NCBI RefSeq assembly: GCF_001194135.2
Contig: NC_068990.1
Location: 89,631,050-89,695,049 of the forward strand
DNA length: 64,000 nt
Direction of reading: 5' to 3'
Source of the DNA: Octopus bimaculoides
Taxonomy: Eukaryota
A program made the translations under genes and the position numbers. Under the pieces are notes generated by a model, which saw nothing but the letters and a program-made list of their open reading frames with translations, ran no database searches and was not told the origin of the DNA. Shown here one piece after another: positions 13,001-27,169 of the stretch. Every line of letters starts with the position of its first letter. Position 1 is the first letter of the stretch.

Positions 13001-13424
13001 TTTTTAAACTTAATATAATCTAATATTTTTAATTGTTGATATGAGTTTTGATGTTAATATATTTAGCAGTTAGAGTTTTTAGTCTCTTAAAACCAATAAG
13101 TATTTGTTAGAAATTATGCTCAACAATGTCATTAATCCAGACTTATTTATGCACGAAGTTTACAAACACAACGATCAATATAATTTGTATCATTTAATAT
13201 AAAAACAACAATGGAGGGACAAAAGTTGTAGATGTAAAGGACCGAATAATTAACAGTGTTTGTAATCCCACTCCTTTAACTCCTCCCAGTCTCAATAAAA
13301 TGAGCACAAGCAATATCGGGTGACGTCAAATAATCGGCTGTTGTGTGTAAGAGAGGAAAAGTACCATTATTTTAATGACGATGAATAGTTGAAAGCAGTG
13401 GACTGGCAGAATCATTAGTGTTTG

Positions 13425-13618
13425 TTTTCTTTTTATTCGTTTCAGTCATTTGACTGCGGCCATGATGGAGCACCGCATTGAAGGTTTTTAGTCGAACAAG
13501 TCGACCCCAGGACTTATTATTTTTGTAAAGCGTAGAAATTATTCTATCGGTCTCTTCTGCTAAACAGCAAAGTTACGGGGGCTTAAACACCAGCATCAGT
13601 TGTCAAGCAGTGATAGGA

Positions 13619-13673
<55 letters not shown>

Positions 13674-14060
13674 NNNNNNNNNNNNNNNNNNNNNNNNNNN
13701 NNNNNNNNNNNNNNNNNNNNNNNNNNNNNNNNNNNNNNNNNNNNNNNNNNNNNNNNNNNNNNNNNNNNNNNNNNNNNNNNNNNNNNNNNNNNNNNNNNNN
13801 NNNNNNNNNNNNNNNNNNNNNNNNNNNNNNNNNNNNNNNNNNNNNNNNNNNNNNNNNNNNNNNNNNNNNNNNNNNNNNNNNNNNNNNNNNNNNNNNNNNN
13901 NNNNNNNNNNNNNNNNNNNNNNNNNNNNNNNNNNNNNNNNNNNNNNNNNNNNNNNNNNNNNNNNNNNNNNNNNNNNNNNNNNNNNNNNNNNNNNNNNNNN
14001 NNNNNNNNNNNNNNNNNNNNNNNNNNNAAAAAACCCACCTTTTTTGTATTTATTTTTACT

Positions 14061-14097
<37 letters not shown>

Positions 14098-14230
14098 TTA
14101 TTTACAACGGTCTTCCAAATCCGCTCACAGGGTTTTGGTCGGCCCGAAACCATCGTAGGAGACACTTGCCCAAGGCGCCACGCAGTGGGACTGAACCCGG
14201 AACTATGTGGTTGGGAAGCAAGCTTCTTGG
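13425..14230 (-). mobile_element. tRNA-derived CORE-like SINE, family C, with internal (CA)n and an assembly gap
   Basis: Minus-strand B-box GGTTCAGTCCC followed by CCTTGGGCAAGTGTCT (CORE-like); 3' tail GGTGCTCCATCATGGCCGCAGTCAAATGACTGAAAC. The two halves may be separate copies across the gap. Confidence 0.8.
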
Positions 14231-14249
14231 TATGTGGGTAAATTATTCT

Positions 14250-14410
14250 GGCTCTTTACGTTCTGAGTTCAAATTCCGTCGGGATTAAATTTGCCATTCA
14301 CCTTCTTCGAGATCGACAAAATAAAGTTCTTGTCAAGTATTGAAGTCAATCGTATCAACCCCCATCCCTCCATTCAAAAATTGCTGGTCTTCTGTCTAAT
14401 TTATAAACAA
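14250..14410 (+). mobile_element. Degenerate family A SINE fragment
   Basis: TTACGTTCTGAGTTCAAATTCC followed by a diverged core and tail. Confidence 0.65.
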
Positions 14411-16289
14411 ATATTCTAATGGTGAGATATAAAGTATATAAATCGTGCACAGAGACTCCAAAATTAACATAAATATTCTATAGGCTTAATGAATAAAATA
14501 AATAATATAAAAACACTAACAGTATATAAATGGCTAACATTTTATGACAATTTATTGTATCCAGGTGTCTTTAATAATTATTTCAAGAAATATGTTTATG
14601 AATATATAAATGTTAGATGGAAAATTAAATAGGTTCACAAAAAGGTTTATCTCAATTTCTCTTCAGAATTTTTTCATTCTCTTATTTCTATCAGTTTTAT
14701 TTTATTTTATATTTTCATTTCTTGTTATCGAATAAAAGAAGAAAGCGATAAATAAAAGCCTTCACTAACAAATTTGAATTTCAAAATATTTATTTTATAT
14801 ATTCTAAAACAACTAAGATTTACAATAAGAAAGAAACAAAAACAGAATTCAAACATTTACTGTTTATCTTTCACAGCGTATCATGTAAATCTTGTAAGCT
14901 TCATAGCTGCAGTTAAACGTTTTTGAAGCTGGGTGTAGTGTATAGCGATTATCTACAGTAGTAATAATAGTAGTAGTGGTGGTGGTGGTACTGGTGGTGG
15001 AGTGGTGATGATGGTGGTAGCATTGGTGATAGTAGAAGTAGTGATAGTAGTAGTATTTGTAGTAGCAGCAGCACTAGCGGTAGCAGCTACAGTGATGGAA
15101 AGGGGTGAAGTCTCTGATCAACGATGAAAACTTACGAACAGATTTCTTGTTATTTTCTTCGTGTTCTTCGTTTTGTGAAGATAATTCTGAACAAATCCTT
15201 CATCCTGATAATCATTGGGCTCGTGACACTTTCTGCTCCAGAGACCAATACAAGTTCGAAGGACGAGAGAATGTAACTGGCTCTGTGCAAACTAAAACCA
15301 CTATAAAAACAGACCCCTGCTGTCTTGTGGGCTAATTTATCGAGCGCTTAATGACTAAGAGAATAAAGCCCTACAGAATAACCGGAGGCTGGGTAGATAA
15401 GGTAAATATGTACGGTAATAATTAAACAATATTTTGTATCCATTGCTGCTTCAAGGACAACGCGATTGTATTGACTTGTCTTCGTAGCACATTCATGAGT
15501 AAAGAAGTGTTAAGTGTACTTGGAACTTGGGGATGGGGAATTCCTTCAGGAAGCAGCCCAGGTATAGCTGACGTGGTTAAGTTACAGTAACTACAACGCC
15601 ATAAAAAAACGCCAGAAAAGGTCACCAACTTTTTGCTTTGAGAAGTATTCAATCCACTGACCAAATGTGACCAGCCATCAAAGACAATCAAACCACGATC
15701 AATCTGTCCTTTCAAATACATTTTAGAACTAAAATAACTGTAATGGTTTTTTCTTTATTTCTTTTAAACGGCTCAGTGTGATTTTGAAAGACATCTCACT
15801 GCTATTTCCAGCAAGTTGAGTAACCACATAGGGTCTGCCAAAAATGATTTCCGTTCGTCCACTATCAAAATAAACAAGTGTTTCGAAATGTGACACCGAT
15901 ATTGTGCTATGTCTCCACTTAATTCTCACTCAACTATTCGCCAAATATATAACTTGAGTTTACCATCATAGGAAACCATGACAAGTATGTTGATGTTTGA
16001 CTAGACCGATCTCTAATGCGATATCAGTGGTATCAATGAAAACAAGTTATGCCATTATAATAATAACATAAGCAATGACGTCAGTTGCTATTCTTATCTC
16101 AAGTTACAGTTGCCACAGTATCCAGCGCTTTCAGGCATGAATGTTTTGAAGCATTTTACAACACTTTTCATTTTCAACTCTCTTCAAGTCGTATTATTGA
16201 AAAGTTTTTATATAAGTGACTATATACTTCTCTGTAAATTGAAACACTAGCATTTATATTAAAAATAATTAATAATAAATGATTTCCAA

Positions 16290-16748
<459 letters not shown>

Positions 16749-16924
16749 TCAACTTACCATGAAAGTAAACAAAGTTTGTTTTAGAAGCGTTGAGATGTAT
16801 TGAAAGATAGAGAAATAAATTTGTTTTTTATTCTCAAACGCATGATAATGCTAATAAATAGCGTGATCAGGATGAATTATCCATAAATTGCAGAAATATA
16901 TTTATATATAGATATATCATTAAA

Positions 16925-17120
16925 CTTTACAGAAAAACAAAGGGCAAAGACAGGTGTATAAACAACAAGCAGGTGTATTAGTTTGACGCTCGGGAAGGTG
17001 AGAAAGTCTTTTACGTTTCGAGCCTACGGTCTTCAACAGAAAGGAACGCGAGGAAATAAACAGAGAAAAAATAAAAAGAAAACAGAGTATAAAAACTTTC
17101 GGAGTTAGCAGTCAGTCATA
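16925..17120 (-). mobile_element. Short hammerhead-bearing repeat, family B
   Basis: Homologous to 7745-7885. Confidence 0.75.
17008..17043 (-). ncRNA. Minimal hammerhead-like fold, CUGUUGA core
   Basis: Minus strand: CTTT-CTGTTGA-A-GACC-GTAG-GCTC-GAAA-CG-TA-AAAG. Perfect 4 bp stem I, one C-C mismatch in stem II. Confidence 0.55.
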
Positions 17121-17153
17121 TACATTCTCGTATATACGTATACATACATACAT

Positions 17154-17190
<37 letters not shown>

Positions 17191-17598
17191 CACACACTAT
17201 GTTTTCGAGTTTTTGTTTTCAAACAGCAAGGTTACATTCAGCTTGTATTATATCATATTGTATGAAGTAAAAATGCCATAAATATTAAATGTGAAATAAA
17301 TGAGAAAAGTAAATAAATCAGAGCTATAATTCAATTGTCTATCATGTATAAAATTAGGATTATCGAAAATATAAAATACCTTTTTGAACACATAACAAAA
17401 TAAATATTTTTAAATATATACAAGCATCTTATTTTAACTTCATATATATTTAAACATTTTGTATAAGAAAAACAAAAACACTATTTCAATGCCTGCAAGA
17501 ATAAACTGAGAATGCAAGAAAAATAAACAAATAAAGCACAAGAAAATAAATAAAACTGTTTCATTTGCATTCATCTATGTTAGCTATTGTATTTGTCT

Positions 17599-17870
17599 AG
17601 TTTACACCTATCACCCGAAGATTTTGTCTTTGGGTGAGAGGTATAAACTATGAAACAAAAAACAAACATGGAAATAGGCAAAAACAAAACAAAACAGCTA
17701 GAACAAGTGATAGGTTAGTTTTCAGACAGAATAATATCCATCAATATTAATATGTTGTTATTTTATGTTCCATATATCTAATAAAATTTAGTAATATTTC
17801 CCGCCTATTTTGTAATAAACTTTGTCAATATCAAACATTATTCAAATATCAGACGACTGATATTTTTTTT
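17599..17870. repeat. Diverged non-coding block duplicated at 24970-25230
   Basis: Collinear anchors: AGTTTACACCT (17599/24970), exact 17-mer TTTCAGACAGAATAATA (17720/25078) and a 24/27 match CCATATATCT.ATA..ATTTAGTAATA (17770/25129). Confidence 0.75.
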
Positions 17871-17977
17871 TCTTGTTTTGTTGCTGTTAATTTTATCATA
17901 AAATTGTTCTAGAATCGCAAAGATAGCAAAGAATTAAATAACGCAGGGTACTTTTCCGGCACTCTAACGCTGTATTG

Positions 17978-18025
<48 letters not shown>

Positions 18026-18893
18026 AAGATAATAAATAAATTGATAATAGCACAACTGTGAAGGAGATATGTGGACAAAAGAGAACACATTGTTGTTTGA
18101 ATTTTGAGAATGAATCAGAGAAATGAATCTACAGAGAAAAGGTTGGGCTCTGGAAAAGAGTATTGAGAAGAGAGTGAATGAGTAATTCGAAAAGAACCAA
18201 GAATTAGCATTGGATGTGAAACGCATCCATTCTGCTACAAAGGTAAAAGCGTACAAAGATTCAATGTTGCTTTCAATGTTCTTGACTGTTACCTTTCTAT
18301 TACTTTGACTTAAGGAATGAGATACAAGCCTTTGAGCGGTTGTGTAACCCTCTGTCTACCCACGACATCATACTTCGCCTTCGTTTTTGAATACCAGGAA
18401 GATTATCTCTGATATTCTGCTGCGTTCCCTATAAATTACATTCTTTTTTTACAATGAACAGAATCTCATTAAAAAATTCCTGGAAAATTCTGTCTTCATT
18501 TGTGAGACAAGCGTAGATTAATCTTTTCTTCTATTGCTACTGAAGATGAAACTCAATTAAGGAAGCATGTGTTTTGGTTACATTTTTGTCGTATGACCTT
18601 TTCCCGCAAGCTAAATCATATTTAAAATGTCTTTGTTGTTAACAGCTGAGCGAAAACAAATTTTGGAAGCTAAAGTTATTTCTTCTATTAGAAATTTCGC
18701 TGATAATATCGTGTCATAGAACGAGATACATTTTTTCCTGCATATGTTTTTGAAATACAAGTATCCATGATGTTCTGTTTCTTATTTTTATTCCCGGTGT
18801 TGTGGACATTTTATCTGTTGGATATCATTTTGAAAACGACTTACCGACAGAAAAAAATTTCTGCTGTCAAATTAACGCTTTTTCTCTCTCAAG

Positions 18894-18953
18894 CGGAAAA
18901 AGTCGATAGTAATGAGGGCCTACTTTTCTATGGATATATTTCACACAAAATAC
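18894..18953 (+). CDS. Candidate 60 nt phase-1/phase-1 internal exon (AEKVDSNEGLLFYGYISHKI), product unknown
   Basis: Acceptor TTTTTCTCTCTCAAG, donor GTGAGT, open frame; N-terminus homologous to the candidate exon at 26079. Confidence 0.45.
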
Positions 18954-19039
18954 GTGAGTAGTTAAACGCGTAATCTGAATTTCTCTAATCGTGCAGGCTG
19001 TTTTTGCTCTTCTTGTTGTTAAAGTTATTGCTGCTGTGA

Positions 19040-19520
19040 TAATTGTGCCAGCAGCATTTAGGAGGCCTTCCTTCTCTCCACTTTTTCCTTCGAACTGAAC
19101 TCCTTACTTTTTGTCACTGTATAAGTAACACGTAACCTTTCTATCCTCAACCGTTACGAGGCACCTAACAGTTTGATGAGATCTACAATGGCTTCCCTGC
19201 TTCCTTGATCCACTCTGAATATCAAAAGCAGCATTCTTGTGTACGACCAATTTTTCTTTTGCAGCCTGTGATCTTCCAATATGATAATTTTTCTTCTGCT
19301 TTGAACAAAACATGATACTAGCCAGTAGACATGTCTACCTGGTGGTACGTTGCCCATCTTTGCTTTTATCACTCTCTGACCAAAATAGATCGGTATAAAG
19401 ACCAGTACATCACACTTTATAACCGTTACAGAGAGCCTACTGACCTCCACTTCGATCGGAAATCTTCCTCTAATGTACCGCATCATCTCTTGCAAGCAAT
19501 GTAGGTTTAGGCTTCCCAAA
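19040..19520 (-). mobile_element. Degenerate LINE ORF1 (gag-like) fragment
   Basis: Frameshifted minus-strand peptides ..KAKMGNVPP..WLV.. and LVTVEDRKVTCYLYSDK resemble the lead-in to a decayed zinc knuckle; family not established. Confidence 0.35.
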
Positions 19521-19879
19521 TTAGTTTAAGACTCTTTCAAGCTGTGTTTGTATTGATTACTTCACTGTTCCAGGTTTCAGTCATATACACAGTACTCTTT
19601 TCTATCCCCACTACCACCACCACAACCACTGGATCTCTTCTAAGAAGGTCAACAAGGCCTAAGATATTCCTAAATAGATTGAAGGCCAGAAAATTGTAGG
19701 AAGGTGGATAGTGGATTAAATCTACCTCACTTCTTGAGTGATGCTTTATCTATCGATATCGGAGAATTGTCGCTAAGTAAATCACATCTAACATGACATA
19801 AAATAACAGAAAGTTAAAGTAACATAGCGTAAAATACATGCGCCATAACAGAAAAGTAAAGCTGCCTTGAATACAAAAT

Positions 19880-19960
19880 GCTAAGCGGCATTTTCTTCCG
19901 ACTCTTTACATTCTGATTTCAAATCTCGCCGAGGTCGACTTTGTCTTTCATCCGCTTCGA
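19880..19960 (+). mobile_element. Family A SINE fragment
   Basis: TTCTGATTTCAAATCTCGCCGAGGTCGACTTTGTCTTTCATCC. Confidence 0.7.
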
Positions 19961-20384
19961 GCATTGTATAATGCTGTGTGTAGTAAGAGTACTGAGTTAG
20001 GCAGTGTACAGGTGTGGGGTTGGTTTTTAGATGAAGAGATATGGCGAATGAAGGCCATAAGTAACAAAGGAATGAAGAGAGAAGATTAATTCCTGTTAAC
20101 AACGGTGGCGAGAGTCAGTGTGGCCCCTGTGCAAAGACAGTCCGAACATATATACATAAATNNNNNNNNNNNNNNNNNNNNNNNNNNNNNNNNNNNNNNN
20201 NNNNNNNNNNNNNNNNNNNNNNNNNNNNNNNNNNNNNNTATATACATGCGTGTTTGTGTGTGTGTGTCTGTTTACATATATGTAGACAAATTTATATATA
20301 CAAACATATATAAATATATATACATATATATATACATATATGTGAGTGTGTGTGTATCTGTGGTTTTGTGTCTGCGTGTGCGCC

Positions 20385-20600
20385 TTTGGTTGTGTGTTTG
20401 TGTTTGTTCCCTCAACACTTGACATCCTGTTTTGGTTCGTTACCGTCCCTGTTATTTAGCTCTTCGGCAAAAAATCCGATAGTACAAGTACCAGACTTTA
20501 AAATAAATGATACCGTGGTCGATTTGTTCGACTAAAAGACTTCAAAGCAGTGATCCAGCATGGCCGCAGTACAATGCCACAAATATATAAAAGACAATGA
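20385..20600 (+). mobile_element. Family C SINE 3' half
   Basis: GGTCGATTTGTTCGACTAAAAG..CAGTGATCCAGCATGGCCGCAG tail. Confidence 0.75.
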
Positions 20601-21116
20601 AAGAGAAAATGCCCCGTTGACAGAAAACAATAACGATGTACAAACATTGCAATAACAATTTTTGCGCATTATTTTATAACTATTTCAATGCTTGTTCCCT
20701 GGTTCTACCTAATTCCGTTTGATATTAGAACAGAAAAGCTGACAGTATTCTCAAATCATGAATAATAAAACGGATTTCAAATATTTGTACAAAGCCACAC
20801 ATTCTGAATCGGTGCTTGAAGGACTAAAGACCAAATCGATCCCAGCGCGATTTAAGCGTAGATAATAAAGGAATGTAACAATATCTTATCATAATAGGAA
20901 TAAAAAGAATCTTGGTTTTTTTTTATTGGCCACAAGGACAATATGAAGTCAATATGGCAGTGCAGCATAACAATAAAATAGACAGTTAGGTATAGAAGTC
21001 ATTTGTCATAAAGAAATCTCTAGATATTTACACATATTCATAAACATACGCACACACATACCTTTGTAAATAGGTAGATAGACAGATAGATATATAATGT
21101 ATATTGCATACAGCTA

Positions 21117-21187
<71 letters not shown>

Positions 21188-22797
21188 NNNNNNNNNNNNN
21201 NNNNNNNNNNNNNNNNNNNNNNNNNNNNNNNNNNNNNNNNNNNNNNNNNNNNNNNNNNNNNNNNNNNNNNNNNNNNNNNNNNNNNNNNNNNNNNNNNNNN
21301 NNNNNNNNNNNNNNNNNNNNNNNNNNNNNNNNNNNNNNNNNNNNNNNNNNNNNNNNNNNNNNNNNNNNNNNNNNNNNNNNNNNNNNNNNNNNNNNNNNNN
21401 NNNNNNNNNNNNNNNNNNNNNNNNNNNNNNNNNNNNNNNNNNNNNNNNNNNNNNNNNNNNNNNNNNNNNNNNNNNNNNNNNNNNNNNNNNNNNNNNNNNN
21501 NNNNNNNNNNNNNNNNNNNNNNNNNNNNNNNNNNNNNNNNNNNNNNNNNNNNNNNNNNNNNNNNNNNNNNNNNNNNNNNNNNNNNNNNNNNNNNNNNNNN
21601 NNNNNNNNNNNNNNNNNNNNNNNNNNNNNNNNNNNNNNNNNNNNNNNNNNNNNNNNNNNNNNNNNNNNNNNNNNNNNNNNNNNNNNNNNNNNNNNNNNNN
21701 NNNNNNNNNNNNNNNNNNNNNNNNNNNNNNNTATATATATAAATCCAGTAAAACAACTAAAACTAATGACGCATCTGCTGATGAAAAACCTCTTCTACCT
21801 ACTTGCGTCTTGTGAATTTGTTAACCATTAAAAACTATTCGATGACCTGGAGTTGACACACCTAAATATACACGCCTATTTACGAAGTTCTACACGCATC
21901 AATATATTCTCAACTATAACATAAAGAGAAATTTTATCAATAGAATGTCTCTCCTCAACAACTCTCCATCGCAACCCACCCTACAACCTAATTACCATTC
22001 AACCGAACCCCACAAGCTTCAGAGTAACTTAATGCAGCAGAAAGATGATGGATTAGCTGACCGAAACGTCGAATCGAAGTCACTGTGAATACTAGTGTTA
22101 ATGAACAATATATATATATATATATTGCGGAAGAATTTGTGCTTACACGTAGTGAAGGCCTCGTTGTATTTATTAAACAATTGTGGTGAGTTGTGGGTTA
22201 GAAGTTTGCTCTTTGGATACTTTCATGTCAGAAAGGATTTTAATCAAAGAAATCTTAATTCTATTATTCTGTAAAATAACATTTAATTAGTTTAAATGTA
22301 CACAAATGCATAAGCATAATTTTTAATTCCATTAGCCTTTCTAAAATACGATTAAATTTCATTCAATTTTAAAAAAGGTAAAATCTGACAGAACTTATGG
22401 GATGACCTGATATATATATAATCATATGTGTGTGTGAGTGTGTGAGTGTATGTATGAATATATATATTTGTATAAGTAAGCATACGTGCCTACAAATATA
22501 TGCGCTGTCATGTAGACATATAAAACACTTGATTTTTGTTTTTTTGCATAAAACGTAAAGGAATTATGCTTAATGTCATATTTTAGACAAAATAATATTC
22601 ATGTCAACAGAAATATAAGTTGTTTTTAATGTTCTTCCTACTTGATATGAATAAATAATATCTTTGTGACTATACCGTGTTTAAATCCATATGTAACACA
22701 TGTTTGTTCATTATTTATCAAATATACATTATTCCAAATTCAAATTTCATACTTTTAAACAGCTGTCTATATTTTAATAATAATAATAATAATAATG

Positions 22798-22849
<52 letters not shown>

Positions 22850-24326
22850 TAATAATAATAGTTCGAGTTTTTATTTGCCGCGTAGTAGCTTTTCTTATTG
22901 CTTTATCGTTGCATTCAATTTCCACATTTTAGTTTAGTTTCCAGCCATTTCATCGTATCTGCTGTTTTTCATTTCCTTCACATCTTGTCATTTCACTTTC
23001 TGGTTTATAATTTAGGTTTCTTTGAAGATAGAAAACAGTCGTTTGTTTTGTTGGCATTTTGTGGCTATTTGTTTAATGTTTACTAGATATTTTAGTAGTC
23101 TTACAGAGGATGCTAAATAAAGACGTTATTTTTCTTGTTTTTCCATTTTGTATTACAAGTTCTACTTGCGAAAATATCAACATATCAACATATCGCTAGC
23201 CGCTAAGGAACATGGTTAAAGTCAAATAATTGACAATCAAATCTGTCGTACGCATGTGTGTATATGTATGTATATATTTGTGTAAATACGTATCTGTGTG
23301 TTTGCGCTTGTGTCTGTGCATATGCATGTGTCTGTCTGTCTGTGTTTGTGTGTGTGATTTTTGTGCGTGTGTTTTTGAGTGCGTGTGTCTGTGTGTGCGT
23401 TTGTATGTGTATGCGTGTTTGTGTGTGTATACAAGTGTGTGTGTGTGTATGTGTGTGTGTGTTTTCAGACGAGAGCGCGGCTACCCAATGCATGGTGTGA
23501 GGTCTATTCATACCATTTTGATGATTTCCTTTACTGCTAATCAAAGGTTTCCTGTCATTTGTGAGGATCTCTTTCAACCATTTCGTATAAATGGGTTTAT
23601 CAAACATATCTATATCCTAAATACTAAACATGTAAATTGCAAATTTTATATTTATATAAAACGGAATAATTTAAAATACTACATAATTTAATTAATTCTG
23701 TCTGGAGTAAAAGAAATTACTGCTATTGCAATAGAATATGTTTGAAGAATATAATTTGATTAAGAATGTAAAAATTATAAGAGATCTTCTAATTAAATAT
23801 CTTTCAGTATCGGTTAGAATTTCTGAAAATCATTGAACGGAATCGATGGAAAAGGAAATATATGCTACGTGGTAAAGATATTTTCGAGTTCATCTTTTGC
23901 GTCCAGGTTTGAGCCCACTATATGCTGACTGAGATAGTGTCGTCATGTGTTGATCAATTCTTGGGACTGGAATTTAAAAGGTGGAAACTCTGTGCCGTCC
24001 CCCCCATATATATATATATATACATATATACATACATATATATATATATATATATATGTATTATTTCTTTACTACCCANNNNNNNNNNNNNNNNNNNNNN
24101 NNNNNNNNNNNNNNNNNNNNNNNNNNNNNNNNNNNNNNNNNNNNNNNNNNNNNNNNNNNNNNNNNNNNNNNNNNNNNNNNNNNNNNNNNNNNNNNNNNNN
24201 NNNNNNNNNNNNNNNNNNNNNNNNNNNNNNNNNNNNNNNNNNNNNNNNNNNNNNNNNNNNNNNNNNNNNNNNNNNNNNNNNNNNNNNNNNNNNNNNNNNN
24301 NNNNNNNNNNNNNNNNNNNNNNNNNN

Positions 24327-24370
<44 letters not shown>

Positions 24371-26078
24371 ATGGAAATGAGAGGATCAACATACATTCCG
24401 TATATTGATATTTTCCCTGACTCGCATTTAAATTTCAAATTTTAAGTTTTTAATTCACTTGAAGAAAATGGTTCTTTTCCATGATGTAATCAGTTTATTT
24501 ATCAAAATAATAAAACGCGCATGAAACACCTGTAGCGAACCTTAACCTAATTATGTTCTTTATGTATATATGTATGCATAGAATCAAGATATAATAATGA
24601 AGGATGGAAGTTAAGCACCTTTGATTAATTAATTACAAACTTGTTCTGCATGTTAAATTCCGACACATGTTTCTGATGAATAATTTCCGAGAATCCTTTG
24701 ATATGATAGTTTTGTGCATTTAATCGATCTATATCAAATGAGTTGTAGCACAGATTTTGATACAAGGGTTAACAGTCTTACACAGCTTTTTTCCAATGTG
24801 TTTTCTATGCTTGCATATACAAATATAGAAACTCACGAAGACTATGGCTTCTTCTGCCACATTTTTACGCCGGTAAGTGTGATTTCATGAAAATTGTCTG
24901 TTACATCTAGCACGTTTTGTGACAACATAGAAGTTCTCTTGTTCGGTCTTATTGTAGTTTTTTTTCTTAAGTTTACACCTTTCAGTTGGAAGACATAAAC
25001 ACATCTGAATTCATAAATAACTAAAAAATAAAGAGAACAAAATTTGATGAAACAAACAAGACATATGTAGCGTTAGGTTTCAGACAGAATAATAACTAAT
25101 GCCATTAAAATTTGCTTATTATTCTGTCCCATATATCTGATATGATTTAGTAATAATACCCATCTGTTCAGTATCGTCTGATGGAAACTTCATTCATATC
25201 AAACAGTACTGAAATGTCAAATATTTTTCCTCTTTATCTATGTTTCTGAGTTAATGTACGCATTAGAAGTGTATTTAGATATATGATATCTAATAGAAAG
25301 TAAGTTGACAAGAAAGAAATACGAAAGAAACGAAGTAATAAAATTATTCTTATTTTCTTATTACATTTCTGTGAATATTTTTTTAATTATTTCTGTGAAT
25401 TGCAAATATGAATGCAGAATATTAAAACAAAGGAAGGATAATAAACTCAATAGACAAAGGAACAACATTGGACCTATAAAAATATTTAGAAAGAGAAAGA
25501 AAATGATTAGTTTAATAGGTGAAAGCAAAAGCCAAAACATTTTGTAATAAACAAAATATTTTTTTTACATGCTGGGTCAGGAGAAAGGAATCGTTCTGAT
25601 GGCATCCTAGAGCAACCAGTTTAGTACCATTACTATATTGAACAATCGTCAGTACCAGCGAGAAAATCATGCACAAAGAAGATATTCCAGGGAGTCAATT
25701 TTCTGTGAACGAAAGACCAGGCGCAGTGGATACAGTATGGATGATGAAAGGGCGAGAAGCAGGTGGGACGGGTGTGCTGGAATGAAGAATAAAATAAAGG
25801 TAACATGAGAAGGTATCATGAGAAGCAGAAGTCACTATAAAAATGGTAGAAAATGAGAAGAAAGGAGAGGAGAGCACGCCAGTAATGCAGTTGTCAGAAC
25901 GCGTCTATGAGCGGCTTTATGTCGATTAGACGGGTGGGTCTTTTCTGGATGCGAGATAAGGAGTTTATGAGTAGCTAGAGCAGAAGAAATATTGTCTTGT
26001 ACTGTTTGGCTATGCTATTTTTATGTTCTGATTTCAATTGGTGTTCAATTCGATTTTGTCTTTTATATTCATCCAAAG

Positions 26079-26171
26079 CCGATAAAATAGATGCCAGTAA
26101 AGCACTCGGGGGCGGTAGTAGTGATGTTTCGCTGAACGATAGTGACCCAGTAGAACCCAATTTCAATAAAA
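26079..26171 (+). CDS. Candidate 93 nt phase-1/phase-1 internal exon (ADKIDASKALGGGSSDVSLNDSDPVEPNFNK), product unknown
   Basis: Pyrimidine-rich acceptor ..TTTTGTCTTTTATATTCATCCAAAG, donor GTGAGT, open frame; paralog of 18894-18953. Confidence 0.5.
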
Positions 26172-26380
26172 GTGAGTGGTATACAAATACAATGGTAAAG
26201 AATAAAATAATCTTTAGAAAATAATAAAACGAAATCCCACAAGTTGAATTTAACGAAGTAAAAATGATAGGAACAAAAGTCAAAAGAAAATATATCAAAG
26301 AAAATAAAATTAGCACGAAAGCCAAGAATCGTTTAAAATTCTGATCTAAAGCAGAAACAGAACTGATTGAAACATTTCAG

Positions 26381-26457
26381 CTGCACTGTCTCCAAGATAT
26401 AACACCATGCACACACCTTTTGACCACCTGAGTCCCGCAATAACTTTTGCTGATTAA
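26381..26457 (+). CDS. Candidate terminal exon ((T)ALSPRYNTMHTPFDHLSPAITFAD*)
   Basis: Acceptor ..ACATTTCAG after a 209 nt intron, phase-compatible with the 26079 exon; TAA at 26455-26457 and AATAAA at 26459-26464. Confidence 0.35.
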
Positions 26458-26591
26458 TAATAAAATATATACAGTCGTGTATTGAGTTTTATTTACCCTA
26501 TTTGTTCTATCAAACTTTTCTCTCTCATTTACATAACATAAACATACAAATTCATATGTATATATACAACAACCAACCTACCTACCTACCG

Positions 26592-26644
<53 letters not shown>

Positions 26645-27169
26645 NNNNNNNNNNNNNNNNNNNNNNNNNNNNNNNNNNNNNNNNNNNNNNNNNNNNNNNN
26701 NNNNNNNNNNNNNNNNNNNNNNNNNNNNNNNNNNNNNNNNNNNNNNNNNNNNNNNNNNNNNNNNNNNNNNNNNNNNNNNNNNNNNNNNNNNNNNNNNNNN
26801 NNNNNNNNNNNNNNNNNNNNNNNNNNNNNNNNNNNNNNNNNNNNNNNNNNNNNNNNNNNNNNNNNNNNNNNNNNNNNNNNNNNNNNNNNNNNNNNNNNNN
26901 NNNNNNNNNNNNNNNNNNNNNNNNNNNNNNNNNNNNNNNNNNNNNNNNNNNNNNNNNNNNNNNNNNNNNNNNNNNNNNNNNNNNNNNNNNNNNNNNNNNN
27001 NNNNNNNNNNNNNNNNNNNNNNNNNNNNNNNNNNNNNNNNNNNNNNNNNNNNNNNNNNNNNNNNNNNNNNNNNNNNNNNNNNNNNNNNNNNNNNNNNNNN
27101 NNNNNNNNNNNNNNNNNNNNNNNNNNNNNNNNNNNNNNNNTATATATATATATGTATATATATATATAT

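Noticed and set aside
18997-19022. Toxin-like terminal exon RCFCSSCC* after the 18894 exon
   Set aside because: It would need a 43 nt intron, and the sequence is probably the antisense edge of the adjacent LINE relic.
22041-22075. Hammerhead remnant (AAGATGA-T-GG..CC-GAAA-CG-TC)
   Set aside because: Core positions 3-4 are mutated and no stem I forms; at most a dead PLE-type relic.
23464-23490. CAGACGA-GAGC-GCG-GCT hammerhead-like start
   Set aside because: It has no GAAA, stem III or stem I partner.
24829-24872. Signal-peptide-like exon (..RLWLLLPHFYA) with GTAAGT donor upstream of the 26079 exon
   Set aside because: The acceptor is weak, there is no in-frame ATG, and unit 1 has no counterpart; kept only as a possibility.
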